Shown: piece by piece, positions 43,140 to 61,775 of the stretch
How the letters are laid out: every line of letters begins with the position of its first letter
Position numbering within the stretch: position 1 is the first letter of the stretch
Assembly: GCA_951406725.2 (NCBI GenBank)
Contig: OX597814.1
Coordinates: 143,034,001-143,098,000, forward strand
DNA: 64,000 nt
From: Octopus vulgaris
Taxonomy: Eukaryota
Direction: 5' to 3'
Translations under genes and position numbers: made by a program
The notes under the pieces: model-generated
Seen by the model: the letters and a program-made list of their open reading frames with translations, nothing else
What the model was told of the DNA's origin: nothing
The model's database searches: none

Positions 43140-43520
43140 GTTCCTTGTTTTAGTCTTTGGACTACGACCATGGTGGGTCACCGCTTTCAAGGGTTGGGTT
43201 TTAGTCGAACGATTCGACTCCAGTACTTTTTACTTTTTTGATAAGTTTGGTGTTTCTTCCAAGAGCCTCTTTAGCCGAACTGCTAGCTTACGGAGACATA
43301 ATCAAACCAACACCGGTTGTCAAGCAGGGAGAGTAAACACAAACACAAGCACACACAGACACATACATGAAGGAGTTCAATACAGCTTCCGTGCAGCGAA
43401 TTTACTCACAAGTAATTGATCGACCCGGCGTATAGTGAAGATACTTGCCCAAGGTGCTGCGCAGTGGGATTGAAACTTAAACCTCATGGATCTTAACCAA
43501 CACACCCATGCCTGCTCCTA
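43140..43520 (-). mobile_element. Diverged SINE family A copy
   Basis: ACTTGCCCAAGGTGCTGCGCAGTGGGATTGAA and neighbouring segments match family A. Confidence 0.7.
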
Positions 43521-43544
43521 TATACAAACGTGTGTGTGTATATA

Positions 43545-44086
<542 letters not shown>

Positions 44087-44088
<2 letters not shown>

Positions 44089-44302
44089 TCTTTTACTCTT
44101 TTACTTGTTTCAGTGATTTGACTGTGGCCATGCTGGAGTACACCGCCTTTAGTCGAGCAAATCGACCACAGGACTTATTCTCTGTAAGCCTTGTACCTAT
44201 TTTATCGGTTTCTTTAGCCAAACCGCTAAGTTACAGGGGCGTAAACACACCAGCATCGGTTGTCAAGCTGTGTTGGGGGAACAAATACAGACACACAAAC
44301 AT

Positions 44303-44372
<70 letters not shown>

Positions 44373-44500
44373 GACGGGCTTCTTTCAGTTTCCGTCTACC
44401 AAATCCACTCACGAGGTTTTGGTCGGCCCGGGGCTGTAGGAGAAGACATTTGCGCAAGGACTGAACCCAGAAACATGTGGTTGGTAAGCAAGCTACTTAT
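44087..44500 (-). mobile_element. SINE family A
   Basis: Reverse complement of family A with an internal (TA)n. Confidence 0.85.
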
Positions 44501-45094
44501 CACACACACACACAGACACACACACATATATAAATTATAATATAGTAATATATAACATATAATGTAATATAATATATACATATGTATACATATATATACG
44601 TGTGTGCTTGCGTGTGCGTGGTGCGAGTGTGTGTGTGTGTGTGTGTTTGTTTTTGTGTTTGTGTGTGTGTGCGTCGGTGTGTGTATGTGTGTGTGTGCGT
44701 ATGTGTGTGTGTGTGTGTGTGTGATGCTGGATCTCTTGTGACTGCCTCAAAGCTCTATGCTCTCCAACGCCAACATGAGCACTTTATCTTTTGCATAATG
44801 AGAAGAATATGCTACTGGCATTACTCAAAAGGCTTAAAACGTCAAATTTGCAATCTTATTAATGCTAGAACCTCGTGTCGTGTGCCCCCCTCAACACAAA
44901 TGAAGTCCAGGACGCGTAACGCACACTAATATGCTTACTTTTCCTGAGCCGGCCCTGCTTTAGTTAATATTATGCCAATACAAATCAAAGAAGAAAAAGA
45001 TTCCATCAACTTCAAACAATATAGGGACAAATTTCCACGAGATATATCAGACAAAATACTTACACCAGGATATATCTCAGTGAACAAAATCTCC

Positions 45095-45509
45095 GGATCT
45101 TTTCGGTTTGAACGGCAGTTTTTTCTAGCGGTGTCATATGAAATTGTAACCCATAATTATGACCCTAGTATCGATCTATTGCATTTCAATCTGTTTTAGG
45201 GTTAGGGTTAGGATTAGGGATGGGGGGAAGGGTATCCTTTTTTCTTCACAAATGTAAATAAACCCAACCTGTTTCTTAAACGAGGGATATTCATACGGCA
45301 TATAATGTCAATAGACGTCACTGATTGGTTGAAATTGCAGAAATTGAAGGAAAAAAAACCAACAAATATCTTACAAACTATAGAATTTTCTCAATAAAGC
45401 CAAGAGAAAAAGATGTTTTATAAACACATTCTACCAGTATACGAAGTTTAAAAGTGTTTAGTTACGTGGAAATTATTTTAAAAAACTGCCGTTCAAACCG
45501 AAAAGATCC
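45095..45509. mobile_element. MITE with perfect 30-bp TIRs, 8-bp TSD and internal (TTAGGG)-like repeats
   Basis: TIR GGATCTTTTCGGTTTGAACGGCAGTTTTTT; TSD AAATCTCC at 45087-45094 and 45510-45517. Confidence 0.9.
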
Positions 45510-46669
45510 AAATCTCCTTACTTGAATGGGCAGTGATGATATAAAACATAAAACTTGACTTAAACATGACTTAACAGAATCTATTAAGTGGTGCTACTAA
45601 TTTAGACATGCTCTGGGCTAATTTTGGCCGAAACACATCTAAGTTTATTTTAGTTTACATAACAAAATGAACACGCAGACGACACCCACTTCAAAAGCTT
45701 AACACTTGACAACCGACATAAAAACCGAACGGTCAAAAATTTGGACGCAACGAATATATGAACACATGGCTGCTAAGTGTTAGCTATGAGACTAAATGTT
45801 AAAACGTATTTGGCAGAAAAGTTTATATGAATTCATTTAGTATATAAAATAAAATATATATATTCATTTCTAGAAAATGAGAGTGTGAAGATCTAGAAAC
45901 GTCGAGTTGTTCTAATCTTGCTGTAAAAGACCAATAAGAAGAAAAAAAAAACTAAAATTAAAATATTATAGGTAACTAACCTCAAGAAGGATGAAGGGAA
46001 AGTTGACATTAGCTAGATTAGGAGAGTTTAAACTGTTTTGATGCCTTTTTAAAAATAAGTTGTTGTTTTTTTACCTGATTTCCTTTCATCTACCAGCTAT
46101 TTTTCTTTAATGATTTTCTATTTTCTTTAAAAGGACAGAATAGAAGTTGATGTGGGACTAAAGAACAACGACAGCAACAACTAATATTTCGGTATCACAA
46201 TGCAAAGATTGATTACCCGTTGAGCTAACGAGGGATTCAACCACATAATCTTTAATATGCTAAAAATAGCAGTCAAATATCTCTACTGTCTGAATACAGG
46301 AATGACTCAGTAGATAGCCAAATCGTAGATAGTCTTTCAGAAGTACGACATAGTTATAGCTGGAATAATATTTATCATAGCTCTGTCCCGTTTGCCCGGA
46401 ACTAAAAAATAACAGCAACAACAACAATAATCCCCACATCCTACAGGAACAATAGGCTCAATACGAGTAACATGGTAGTAAAGGACCATAACTCAGTAGT
46501 ATGTCGAACACCAAATGATTTACCCACAAACGTTTCTTAAAACACAAACCCTACTTTTAATCAATTTATCGCATATAAATTCTATATCTATTATTACATT
46601 TCAGATATTACTTTTCTCACTTTAGCTCTTACGTCACAAACAATCTCATCATTGCTGCATCTACAAAGA

Positions 46670-49930
<3,261 letters not shown>

Positions 49931-49938
49931 CGGCAGAG

Positions 49939-49946
49939 CTTTTATA
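49939..49946 (-). promoter_or_regulatory. Candidate TATA box (TATAAAAG)
   Basis: Perfect consensus in a GC-richer context, pointing into the low-complexity/structured region; function not shown. Confidence 0.3.
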
Positions 49947-50452
49947 GGATGGTGTGGTAATTGCGCTGATAAGCGCTGCCAAGCAGGGTTGGGCATGTGT
50001 TCGTATTCGTAAAATATCTTAGAAATATGCATGTGTTGGACATAAATAAGTGTCTGTACATAGCTTTTATAAATAAATGACTGTGAGTTGTATAATTATA
50101 CATCACATACGTTCTACCACACACACATACATACACACGGATGTTTGATACATATACATAACATATACATACATACATACATACATACATACATACATAC
50201 ATACATACATACATACATACATACATGCTTACATGTGTGTTGTGTCTGTATCTACATTCCCACAAGTGTATGTATGTATGTGTGTGGTGTGTATAAGGCT
50301 ATCTGTCTGGCTATGCAAATATGGTTAGCTAGTTTTAACTGAAGTACATCTAAGTACACATGTATTTGTATATGTTGAACATTTTTCTAGATATTTCTCT
50401 CTCTCTCTCTCTCTCGTGTGTGTGTGTGTCTATATATGCTATGCATGCAGAC

Positions 50453-50507
<55 letters not shown>

Positions 50508-50813
50508 CACATTTATAAATTGTATTTGAAGTTATATGTATGTATATATATAAACAATTTAACATTCTTCTGAAGAATTACTCAATACTTTTTCGGAAAA
50601 TAGATATTTATTAACTTTTACAAGGAAAAGGTTGATACCAGAGTAAGCAGATAAATGTGAAACAAGGTGGGAAAATAGCACTCGAATACCAGAGGTAGAC
50701 TAATATGCTTTATTTTAAAAAATGGCAAAGTCTTCGCAAAAACTATTACTCAGTTTCACGTTCCCGTTCATCGGGAGACGTGAAACTCTGAGTAACAGTT
50801 TTTGTGATGTCTT

Positions 50814-50864
<51 letters not shown>

Positions 50865-50867
<3 letters not shown>

Positions 50868-51095
50868 AAGCTAGCTTCCCAACCACATGGTTCCGGGTTC
50901 AGTACCACTGCGTGGAACCTTGGGCAAGTGTCTTCTACTATACCATCGGGCCGACCAAAGCCTTGTGAGTGTTTACGTCCATGTAACTTCGGCAAAAGTA
51001 CTAGGCTTACAAAGAATAAATCCTGGGGTCAATCTCTTCGACTAAAGACGGTGCTTCAGCATGGCCGCAGTCAAATGACTGAAATAAGTAAAAGA

Positions 51096-51096
<1 letters not shown>
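50865..51096 (+). mobile_element. SINE family A, internally deleted
   Basis: Family A head and tail segments. Confidence 0.8.
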
Positions 51097-51186
<90 letters not shown>

Positions 51187-51378
51187 GCATCCTTTTTGTC
51201 TCGAGAGACAATGGAGTTGCGCATAAAATAATCTAGTCCGGCTTTTACAATTCATGTCCTAATACATCTCCTGTGGCTGTGTAGTCCTATACTGGACAAA
51301 CACTCCCTCTGGCAGGTGCCGCAAATGTAGCGAAGATTTTGCCTGGCTGGTTGTAATGTCATAGTTTCTCGGTGACGT

Positions 51379-51430
<52 letters not shown>

Positions 51431-51514
51431 CCCTGCTTCCATTTCCTGAGCGCCTATTAATAATAATACTGTAATTGTTCCATTGTTGTTGTTTTTTTGT
51501 TTCCCGTTTGGATT

Positions 51515-51626
<112 letters not shown>

Positions 51627-51686
51627 CGCTAGGCCACTGATGTTTAAATTGATGTTATTTAATTAATATCCCATTTTTTCACCCTC

Positions 51687-51890
51687 ATGTGACCGCGTGT
51701 GTACCGTTGGCGATTTTTTTCCTCTGTCTTCCCTTCTCTGGATCTTTCCTTCTTCTGTGTTTCCGACGAAGAGCTCCGCTCGAAACGTAAAGACCCTCCT
51801 TCTTTCCTCCTTTCCTGGGCGTCCAATAATACTATATTTGTTCCACGTCCTCGCGTTGTTGTGTTTTTTTTTGCTTTCTTGTTTGGATTA

Positions 51891-51893
<3 letters not shown>
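51687..51893 (+). mobile_element. PLE pseudo-LTR with minimal HHR variant
   Basis: Homologous to 54395-54606; GUUU-CCGACGA-A-GAGC-UCC-GCUC-GAAA-CG-UA at 51759-51794. Confidence 0.75.
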
Positions 51894-51930
<37 letters not shown>

Positions 51931-51933
<3 letters not shown>

Positions 51934-52933
51934 CCAGGATTTCGAGATCCAGTCTCAATACCTGGTCCGCCTGTTCAGGCATCGAGGATACCCACCTACA
52001 CTGGTCTTGAACGCCCCCGTCCGCGCTCGTCGCATCGACCGCACCACCGCCCTTTCTCCTTCCTCTCACCCCCAACCACACCCCTTTCCCCTCCTTTTCC
52101 ACCCCCCTACTCTACCCCTTCGTCGGAAGATACTTCGTGCCTTCCGTTGCCTCCAGCTCGATCCCACGACCCGCCCCATTTTCCCCAACATACCCCTGTC
52201 CTCCTTCAAACGAGCCCGGAATCTATGCGACCTCCTGGTCCGTTGCACCCTCTCTTCTTCCCCCTCAGCCCCACACGGATCCTTCCCGTGCTCCAGATCC
52301 CGCTGCACACCTGCCCCTTCATCACCAACACCACTGCTGTCACCGGTTCCAACTAGCGAACTGTACGTATCAGACATTCTTTTACGTGTACTTCGTCTGG
52401 TCTCATATACTGCATTAAATGTAACCTCTGCGGAATGCTGTATATAGGACAGACGGGACACCGGTTGTCAGACTGATTCGCCGAACATCTAAGGGATGTT
52501 CGTCTACGGTCCTTTTCTCCCGTTGCACATCACTTCCGCTCGGTCAGCCATTCTCCCGATGACATCTCTGTGTTTGGTCTCGCCCCACACAACGGTCCTC
52601 CACAATCCAGGCTTCACTTGGAGCAACGTTTCATTTTCACTCTACAAACCAATGCCCCACACGGACTCAACACAACCCCCTCCTCTCAGTGACTGCGCTC
52701 CACCTCTCCCCATTAGCAACTTTTTTTGTCCTAATACAGAAACACACACACACACATACTCACGTATCCACGAACACACCTACTTCCAACACACCACACA
52801 CATACATACGTACACACACATACATACATACATACATACATACACACACACATACACATACACACATACAAACACACATACATACATACATACATACACA
52901 CATACATACATACACACACACATACACACATAC

Positions 52934-52964
<31 letters not shown>

Positions 52965-53129
52965 TATATACACACACATACATACATACAGACATACATA
53001 CAGACATACAGACATACATACACACACGCACACACATACACACATACACGCATGCACACATACATAGACACACATACACGCATGCACACATACATACATA
53101 CATACACATACACACATGCAGACATACGT

Positions 53130-53168
<39 letters not shown>

Positions 53169-54194
53169 TACATACATACATACACACATACACACACACA
53201 TACATACATACATACGCACATACATACACACACACACACATACACACACACACACATACACACACACACCTACATACATACATACATACATACATATATT
53301 CATACATACATACATACATACATACATACATACATACATACATACATACATACATACATACATACATACATGCATATGGGGTTGGCTGTATTGCAGGCGT
53401 GCGTCAGTGTGCGTATGTGTGTGCCTGTGGATTCACATACACCCACACCAATTTTTTTCCATCAATCTTTCAATTATAAAGTGTGTGCTTGCATACATAC
53501 ATATACACACATATAAACATATAAACACACATATAAACCTCTACATTTGTACACACACGCACATATATACATACATTCACTCGCACGCACGTACACACAC
53601 ACGCACACACACACACATTTACATATATATACATTACACGCACACACACATACACACGTACAAACACACACAAATTCACATACACACCGACACATATACA
53701 TACACACAATATATACCTACACGCGCACGCACACATACACATATGTACACACATATAAGCACAGACACACACTCACACATACGCACACAAAAACATGCGC
53801 ACACATACGCACGCACACACGCACACACCAAAAACTCACAACCCCACATATACACGCATATACACCCATATACGCTTACACACACACACATACAAACGCA
53901 CACATACACGCACATACATACACACACATACACGCACGTACAAGCACACACGCACACATACACTAAGTTAAGCACAGTTACTCGTCACACACCCAAACTC
54001 TCCGCATACACACACGAACACACACATACACACACACACACTACAAACAAAACACACACACGATACATATACATACACGCACACACACATACCTCTTTGT
54101 TTTTGACCTGTGGCTGGACACAAAAACACCACTCCTTATTCTTACATACTGGCCAGCTACTAGCCAGTTGTTCGCCATACACACATACACACAC

Positions 54195-54226
<32 letters not shown>

Positions 54227-54602
54227 GTGTCATCATTGCACACATACACACACGCGCGCACTCGCAAACCTCCCCGCACGCACACATCCACACACAATCC
54301 CCCTCTCACTTTCTTTACCATACTGTCTTTGAAAACTCTCCTGTATTTAAAAAAAAAATTATTCTTCCACCTTTCGACTTCCGGTCTTTCAATATGTGAC
54401 CTCGTGAGTACCACTGGCGATTTTTTTCCTCTGTCTTCCCTTCTCGGGATCTTTCCTTCTCCTATCTTTCCGACGAAGAGCTCCGCTCGAAACGTTAAAC
54501 CCTCCTTCTTCCCTTCTTTCCTGAGCGTCCAATAATACTTTATTTGTTCCACGTCCTCGCGTTGTTGTTTTTTTTGTTTTTTTTGTGTTTTTTTTGTTTG
54601 GA

Positions 54603-54606
<4 letters not shown>
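51931..54606 (+). mobile_element. 5'-truncated Neptune-type Penelope-like element
   Basis: PLSSFKRARNLCDLLVR..GSFPCSRSRC/TCPF..FTCTSSGLIYCIKCNLCGMLYIGQTG..FAEHLR..VAHHF..LEQRFIFTLQTNAPHGLN (GIY-YIG, stop at 52692); CA-rich 3' UTR; pLTR with HHR variant at 54467-54500; (TA)n on both sides. Confidence 0.85.
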
Positions 54607-54652
<46 letters not shown>

Positions 54653-55011
54653 TATATATTCATACACACACACGCACACACACACACGAACACACACACA
54701 CGCACACACACACACGCCTTTTTACCTTTTATAGTCAACTTGTTTCAGTCACTGGATTACGGCACAGTCTTCAAATGTTTAGTCGAACAGACCAAATCCA
54801 GTATTAATTTTAAACGAGGTAGTTATTGTATCCCATCTCTTGCCGAATCGTTAAGTTACCGTGACGTAAACAAAACATCACCGGTTGACAAGTGGTAGCG
54901 GGGAGAATCATAAACACACATGTGCGCACACATATAATTATATTTATATATTCATCCATAATATTGACAGTAACTTCGAAGTTTCAGGCAACTAACCCAC
55001 CGTTGGCCTGC

Positions 55012-56093
<1,082 letters not shown>

Positions 56094-56327
56094 GGGCGAG
56101 CTTTCCATTTCCGTATGCCAAATCTATTCACAAGACAATAGTCGACCCATAGAAAACATTTACCCAAAGTGCCACTCAATGGAACTGAACCCGAATCATA
56201 TGGTTGAGAAGTAAATTTCTTTCTTAGCCTGCAGCCATGCCAGAGCCTATACGTACATACATACATACATACATACATACATACATACATGTCTGTGTGT
56301 GTGCGTGTATATTTACAAATATACATA

Positions 56328-56379
<52 letters not shown>

Positions 56380-56467
56380 TTAGAGACAAAACCACTATTA
56401 TGCAAATCAAACAAAGAAAGACTTAATCCAATACATAAAAAAATTTATATAAAATAAATAAAGTTAT

Positions 56468-56513
56468 CCACTACAATTGTTTCTTGTCACTTCTAAGGAC
56501 ATTCATCAGGTGG
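56468..56513 (-). ncRNA. Type I hammerhead ribozyme between ~73-bp inverted arms
   Basis: CCAC-CUGAUGA-A-UGUC-(9 nt)-GACA-A-GAAA-CAAUUG-UA-GUGG; arms ~56372-56444 / ~56532-56604. Confidence 0.7.
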
Positions 56514-56689
56514 TTTTCAGACCTTCTATTCAATTTTTTATGTATTGGATTAAGTCTTTCTTTGTTTGATTTGCATAATAGTGGTTTTGTCTCTAATTAA
56601 TATTATATAATATTTTACTATAAAATTGGATTCAATCCTAAATCTGATTTTTCCCTGTAAATTTGGATTTATTCCCTAATATTTATTAT

Positions 56690-56737
<48 letters not shown>

Positions 56738-56739
<2 letters not shown>

Positions 56740-56913
56740 AAAATTCACAAAAAACAAAAGACGAAGACAGGTGGTGTAGACAACAAACATGTATTAGTAT
56801 AATGCTTGGGAAGTGAAAAGGTATTTAACGTTTCGAGCCTACGCTCTTCCACAGAATGGAACTAGAAAGAAACAAGGAGAGAAAATGAAGAATGTGTAGT
56901 GGTTAGCGATCTA
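56738..56913 (-). mobile_element. PLE pseudo-LTR with degenerate minimal HHR
   Basis: Minus strand CUGUGGA-A-GAGC-GUAG-GCUC-GAAA-CG-UU-AAA at ~56824-56856; lies in (TA)n; related to 51687-51893. Confidence 0.6.
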
Positions 56914-56914
56914 T

Positions 56915-56971
<57 letters not shown>

Positions 56972-57636
56972 GAATGTTTATTTGTAAACACACACACACA
57001 CACACACACACATACACTTACATACATACAGATCAAATTATGACACATCGAGAAAACTTGAGGGTCGAAATGAAGGTTACAGGGGTTTATATAACAAGAA
57101 ACTAATGAAATGTCAGTTGCGGAATATTCAAAATGGTAGGAAATAAAGGAGTGTACTTCTGCCACTACTAATATATCGTAAATTCACTTTTCCTTTGACA
57201 ATATAAGAAAAGATAGCCACTAAATTGCTGTCTTCGGATTGCTTGCAGGCAAATTTCATCAGCTGCACATCTATTCCTGAAACAGCTGTAAGGTTCTATT
57301 TCTTTCTTCTCATCCAACTTTCGATTCTTCTCATGATGACCAGCTCTACCTACTATCTGGTATCAATATGGAGACTTACTTTATAGCTGTTCCGAGAGAA
57401 TACCATCATACATCACAGACATTATGAACATTCATCAACTGATTTGTCATTGACTTCTTGTGATCTAATCACCTGCAGTTTTCATTTCTAGTCTCAAGTG
57501 ATATTAGTGTATAAATACATAACAGTCCTAATCTGACACACCAGATGCTTCCCTGTTGTTACCTTAATTAATTTTACACACATACATATAGACTAACACT
57601 CATAATACATACATACCTACATGCATACATACATAC

Positions 57637-57694
<58 letters not shown>

Positions 57695-57750
57695 GTTCAC
57701 ATACATAATTCACACATACATACACACATACTTCTACATATATGTATATG

Positions 57751-57850
<100 letters not shown>

Positions 57851-57865
57851 AATAGAGACATTATT

Positions 57866-58007
57866 CAGTTCTATATTTAAGAGATGGGGAATTATATACA
57901 TTCTTTACATTATTTACATTTCACGGATATTTGTCCTTATCTTGTTTGTTGTTAACACAACGTTTCGACTGATATAACCTCCAGCCTTTATCAGGTGTCA
58001 TCCAAGA

Positions 58008-58010
<3 letters not shown>
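57866..58010 (-). mobile_element. 3' end of a tRNA-headed HHR SINE (inverted copy)
   Basis: Reverse complement of 61682-61775; HHR variant at 57954-57999. Confidence 0.8.
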
Positions 58011-58100
<90 letters not shown>

Positions 58101-58101
58101 T

Positions 58102-61100
58102 ATTGCCTTTGCTCAGCTTCTAACGCTGGAGATGTACTACGGTGTCAGCTATTTACTACCAGTGAACTAAGGTAACACCTCTTATTTTTAAAGCACCTTC
58201 CCGAGTATTCGAGCGGTTCCAAACAGTGCTGTTTTCTGCAAGTGCTCCACCCTTATTGCAGCCCTTATTTGTTCCATGTATTTCTCAAGGCTTTTGCTCA
58301 CTGTTCCCAGGGCTCCAACCATTATTGGTACTACTGCTAACTTTTTCATCGACCATAACCGCTTAACTTCCCAAGCTAAGCTGTCATATCTCTCGACTTT
58401 TCTTTCTTCCTTATTGCATACCCTGTTGTCACGTGAGCATGCTATATCTATGATCCAGTATAGTTTGTTTTCTTTCTCAATTAACACTATGTCCGGCTTC
58501 CTATTCTCTATCTCATGGTCGCACTGATCTTTGCATTATAATGTTCAATGGTGCCTTCGGGTTTGTGGTCTTACAAATTTTGTTGCAAAGTGTCCAATGG
58601 ACAAGCATGGCTATATTGTCGTGGCATCTCTTATATTCTTTCTGGGCTAGTGGCGTACATTGATTGGTAATATGCCGTACAGTTTCACCATTTTGTCCAC
58701 AGATTTTGCACTTATCACTTTCTGATGTGTTGTCTATTCTGTATTTTATGTAGTTGGTTCTTATTGCTTGCTCTTGAGCAGCACAGATTAGAGCCTCCAT
58801 TTCCTGTTTTAGACCACTTTTAGTCATCCACAGCCATCTCTTTTCTCTGTTGGTCAAATGCCCCAAATCCCTATGAAATTGTCCAGGCATTCTTCTCTTT
58901 ACCCACATATTTTCAGTTTCATTCGTTTTCAATTTCTTGTATAATGATTTATCTTTGCAATCTTTCATCCTACATAAGCCTGACCTTCTTACTTCTAGTA
59001 ATAGCGGTTCTGTGGCATTTTTACATACCATGCTATGTTGTTTTCTTCTGCTCTAATGCTGTGTTCGCATCTAATAAGTCCTGTCCCCACTCTTTTTCTT
59101 GGTACATATAGTTTGTCTGTGTCACTTATTGGGTGGAGTGTCCCACATCTAGTTAGTAAGTTCCTTGTCTTTCTGTCTAAGCTGTTTAATTCGTCTACTG
59201 TCCATGCGATTACCCCTGCTCCATATCTATGGAGTTAAACCGCCCAGATGTTGATAGCTTCGATCTTATTCCGTCCATTGAATTTCGACTTAACGATCAG
59301 TCTTAGTCTGAGCAAGCACTCCACCTTAAATTTTTCTGTCATTTCTTTCTCCATTTCCAAAATCCCTAAGCACTTATAGCCCGTCTCTTCTATCTGCTTC
59401 ATAACCTTCCCCGACGGTATCGATACCCCGTCCATACATTTGATTTTTGCCTCTCTTCAAAACTAACACACCACACTGTCTCAGTCCGAACTCCATTCTG
59501 ATATCAGCACTGAACGTATACACCGTATCAACGAGGAAACTGACATGGGCTTCATCCGTACCATAAAGTTTGAGGTCATCCATGAATAACACTTTTTTCT
59601 GTTGGCTTTTGAATACGTAACCAGCTTTTGCTTTCCTCAGAATCAGTGTTAGTGGTATCAAGCACAGTACAAAGATCAGTGGGGACAGGCAGTCCCCTTG
59701 GAAGATGTTCCTCCTAATTTCTACTGTCCCTAAGTTACTTCCAAGCAATCGCTCAACAATCGATGCAATACCAAATAGGTTCATACATACCTTTATCCAA
59801 GCGTGTGGGGTCATATCATACTCCTTGATAGTCGATCCATGCCATGGCTAAGTTACTTTTCCTCTTCTTGCAGTCTCTAAGTACAGTTTTGTCTATCAGG
59901 AGTTGATACTTGGTACCTCTGCACTTACGCTTCCAACCCTTCTGCTCTTGTGGCAGTACTCCATTTTTTCCGATGTTCGTACATTGATTCTGCGAGTATT
60001 CCAGTCAATAATTTCCACATAAGTTGCAAACAGGATATCGGCCTGTATTTGTCTACCGTATTGCCTTTTTCGATATTTTTCAAGCACCGCACTGTCCTAT
60101 CCAATGTCAAAACCACTCTGGTGTTACTTGGTCGGCATTTAACAAGGTGTTGAGTTGCGCAGCTATTCCTGCATGACATTCCCAAATCTTTTGATCCAGT
60201 AGCCCTGTCCCGGGGACTTCCAGTTGCTCATCTTTTTGCTGATTTCCTTCACTTCCCTAACTGAAATGACTAGTTCTGCCTGTTTTGGACAGACTACTGT
60301 TTGTTTCAGTTCTTGCAACCATTCAGCATCCTTCTTGTGCTCTTTGTTTTTGCTCCAGATGTCACTCCAAAACCTTTGACTTTCATTGTTATCTGGTATC
60401 AACTTTTCATCTGTACACTCTCCATTTATTTCTTTATAGAATCTCTTCTGATCTAATCTGAATAACCTATTCTGGTGATAACCCTTCATTCTTTGGTCGT
60501 ATCTTATCATCTTTGCTTTCTTCGCAACGAGGCGCTGTTTCAGTTCCTCCACTACTACTTTCAGGCCCTTTCTTTCAATGTTATACTTCCTGTTCAGCGC
60601 CCTGTACTTTTGTTCGCTTTTAAGCTCCCCTTTCTCTTTTCGGTCTAACAGAAAGTTCCTTCGAGAGAATATCTAACCCTGTCTGTATTCTTCGTTTCCC
60701 CCATGGATCTTTTCTTTTGTCACTCCCATTATATTTCTTTTTCTTGACATCAACCCCCATGTTTTCTGCTATAACAATACTTGCTGCCTTGAACAAATTA
60801 TTTGTTTCTCTGATGTTGTTTGTTCTGATGTATTTCAGAATATCATTGACAGTTTTGGTTTCTTGGTTCAATTTCCATCGATCAACATTTTTAAGGTTGC
60901 AAATAATGTCGCTATCGTTCTCTTGTAGTCTTGCCTTTATTCTGTCGTAGATTGCCTTTTGTTCATCTGTCATGCCGCCATTAGTTTTATTGCCTTCTTG
61001 TAGATCATCTATATGTCTCTCATCAAGTAAACTACCACTGCCCCTTTCCTGTGCTATGAAATTACTTTTATTAGTAAGAACTGTATTTTCATCGTTATCT

Positions 61101-61198
61101 CTGCTGCTATTTTCCAAGACCCGTCTTTTGATAGCTTCGAGCTCTACTTCTGTGAACCAACAATTTTTTCTTATTGCCCTAACTTGATCACATAGTCT
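58102..61198 (-). mobile_element. Near-full-length degenerate R4/Dong-type LINE (RT, CCHC, RLE)
   Basis: [64 protein letters not shown]..; 3' UTR matches that of 31449-33072; ends in (AAT)n. Confidence 0.9.
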
Positions 61199-61220
61199 CA
61201 ACCACTACGCCACGGGTATA

Positions 61221-61288
61221 TGACGTAGTGGTTAAGAGCGCAGGCTACTAACCCCAAGATTCCGAGTTTGATTCCAGGCAGTGACATA

Positions 61289-61364
<76 letters not shown>

Positions 61365-61549
61365 CATAATAATAAATAATAATAAATAATAAATACAGAA
61401 AATTGCACTACTAGGCACTGCACACATCCTACGCAGAACACTTTCCATACAATAACCATCAGAGCATCACAACAAATCACAGCACATACCTAAGGCACAC
61501 AGAGCTGCGCTAGGTAGTGAAGTGAAAGCACACTATAAAAATAAAACTA

Positions 61550-61647
<98 letters not shown>

Positions 61648-61775
61648 CTTGGAATGATAACCCAGGTTCGAATTTCCCCAAGACACCTGATAAAGGTTGG
61701 AGGGTATATCAGCCGAAATGTTGTGTTAACAACAAACAAGATGAGGACAAATATCCGTCAAATGTAAATAATGTA
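61221..61775 (+). mobile_element. tRNA-headed SINE with hammerhead-containing tail; a Dong 3' tail (61390-61552) is nested in its (AAT)n
   Basis: A box-like TGACGTAGTGG, B box-like GAGTTTGATTCC (61264-61275), (AAT)n, HHR variant at 61682-61727; nested IQKIALLGTAHILRRTL*. Confidence 0.75.

Noticed and set aside
61221-61286. tRNA-like sequences here and at the SINE A/B/C heads as tRNA genes
   Set aside because: No complete cloverleaf, and each continues into a repeated SINE body.
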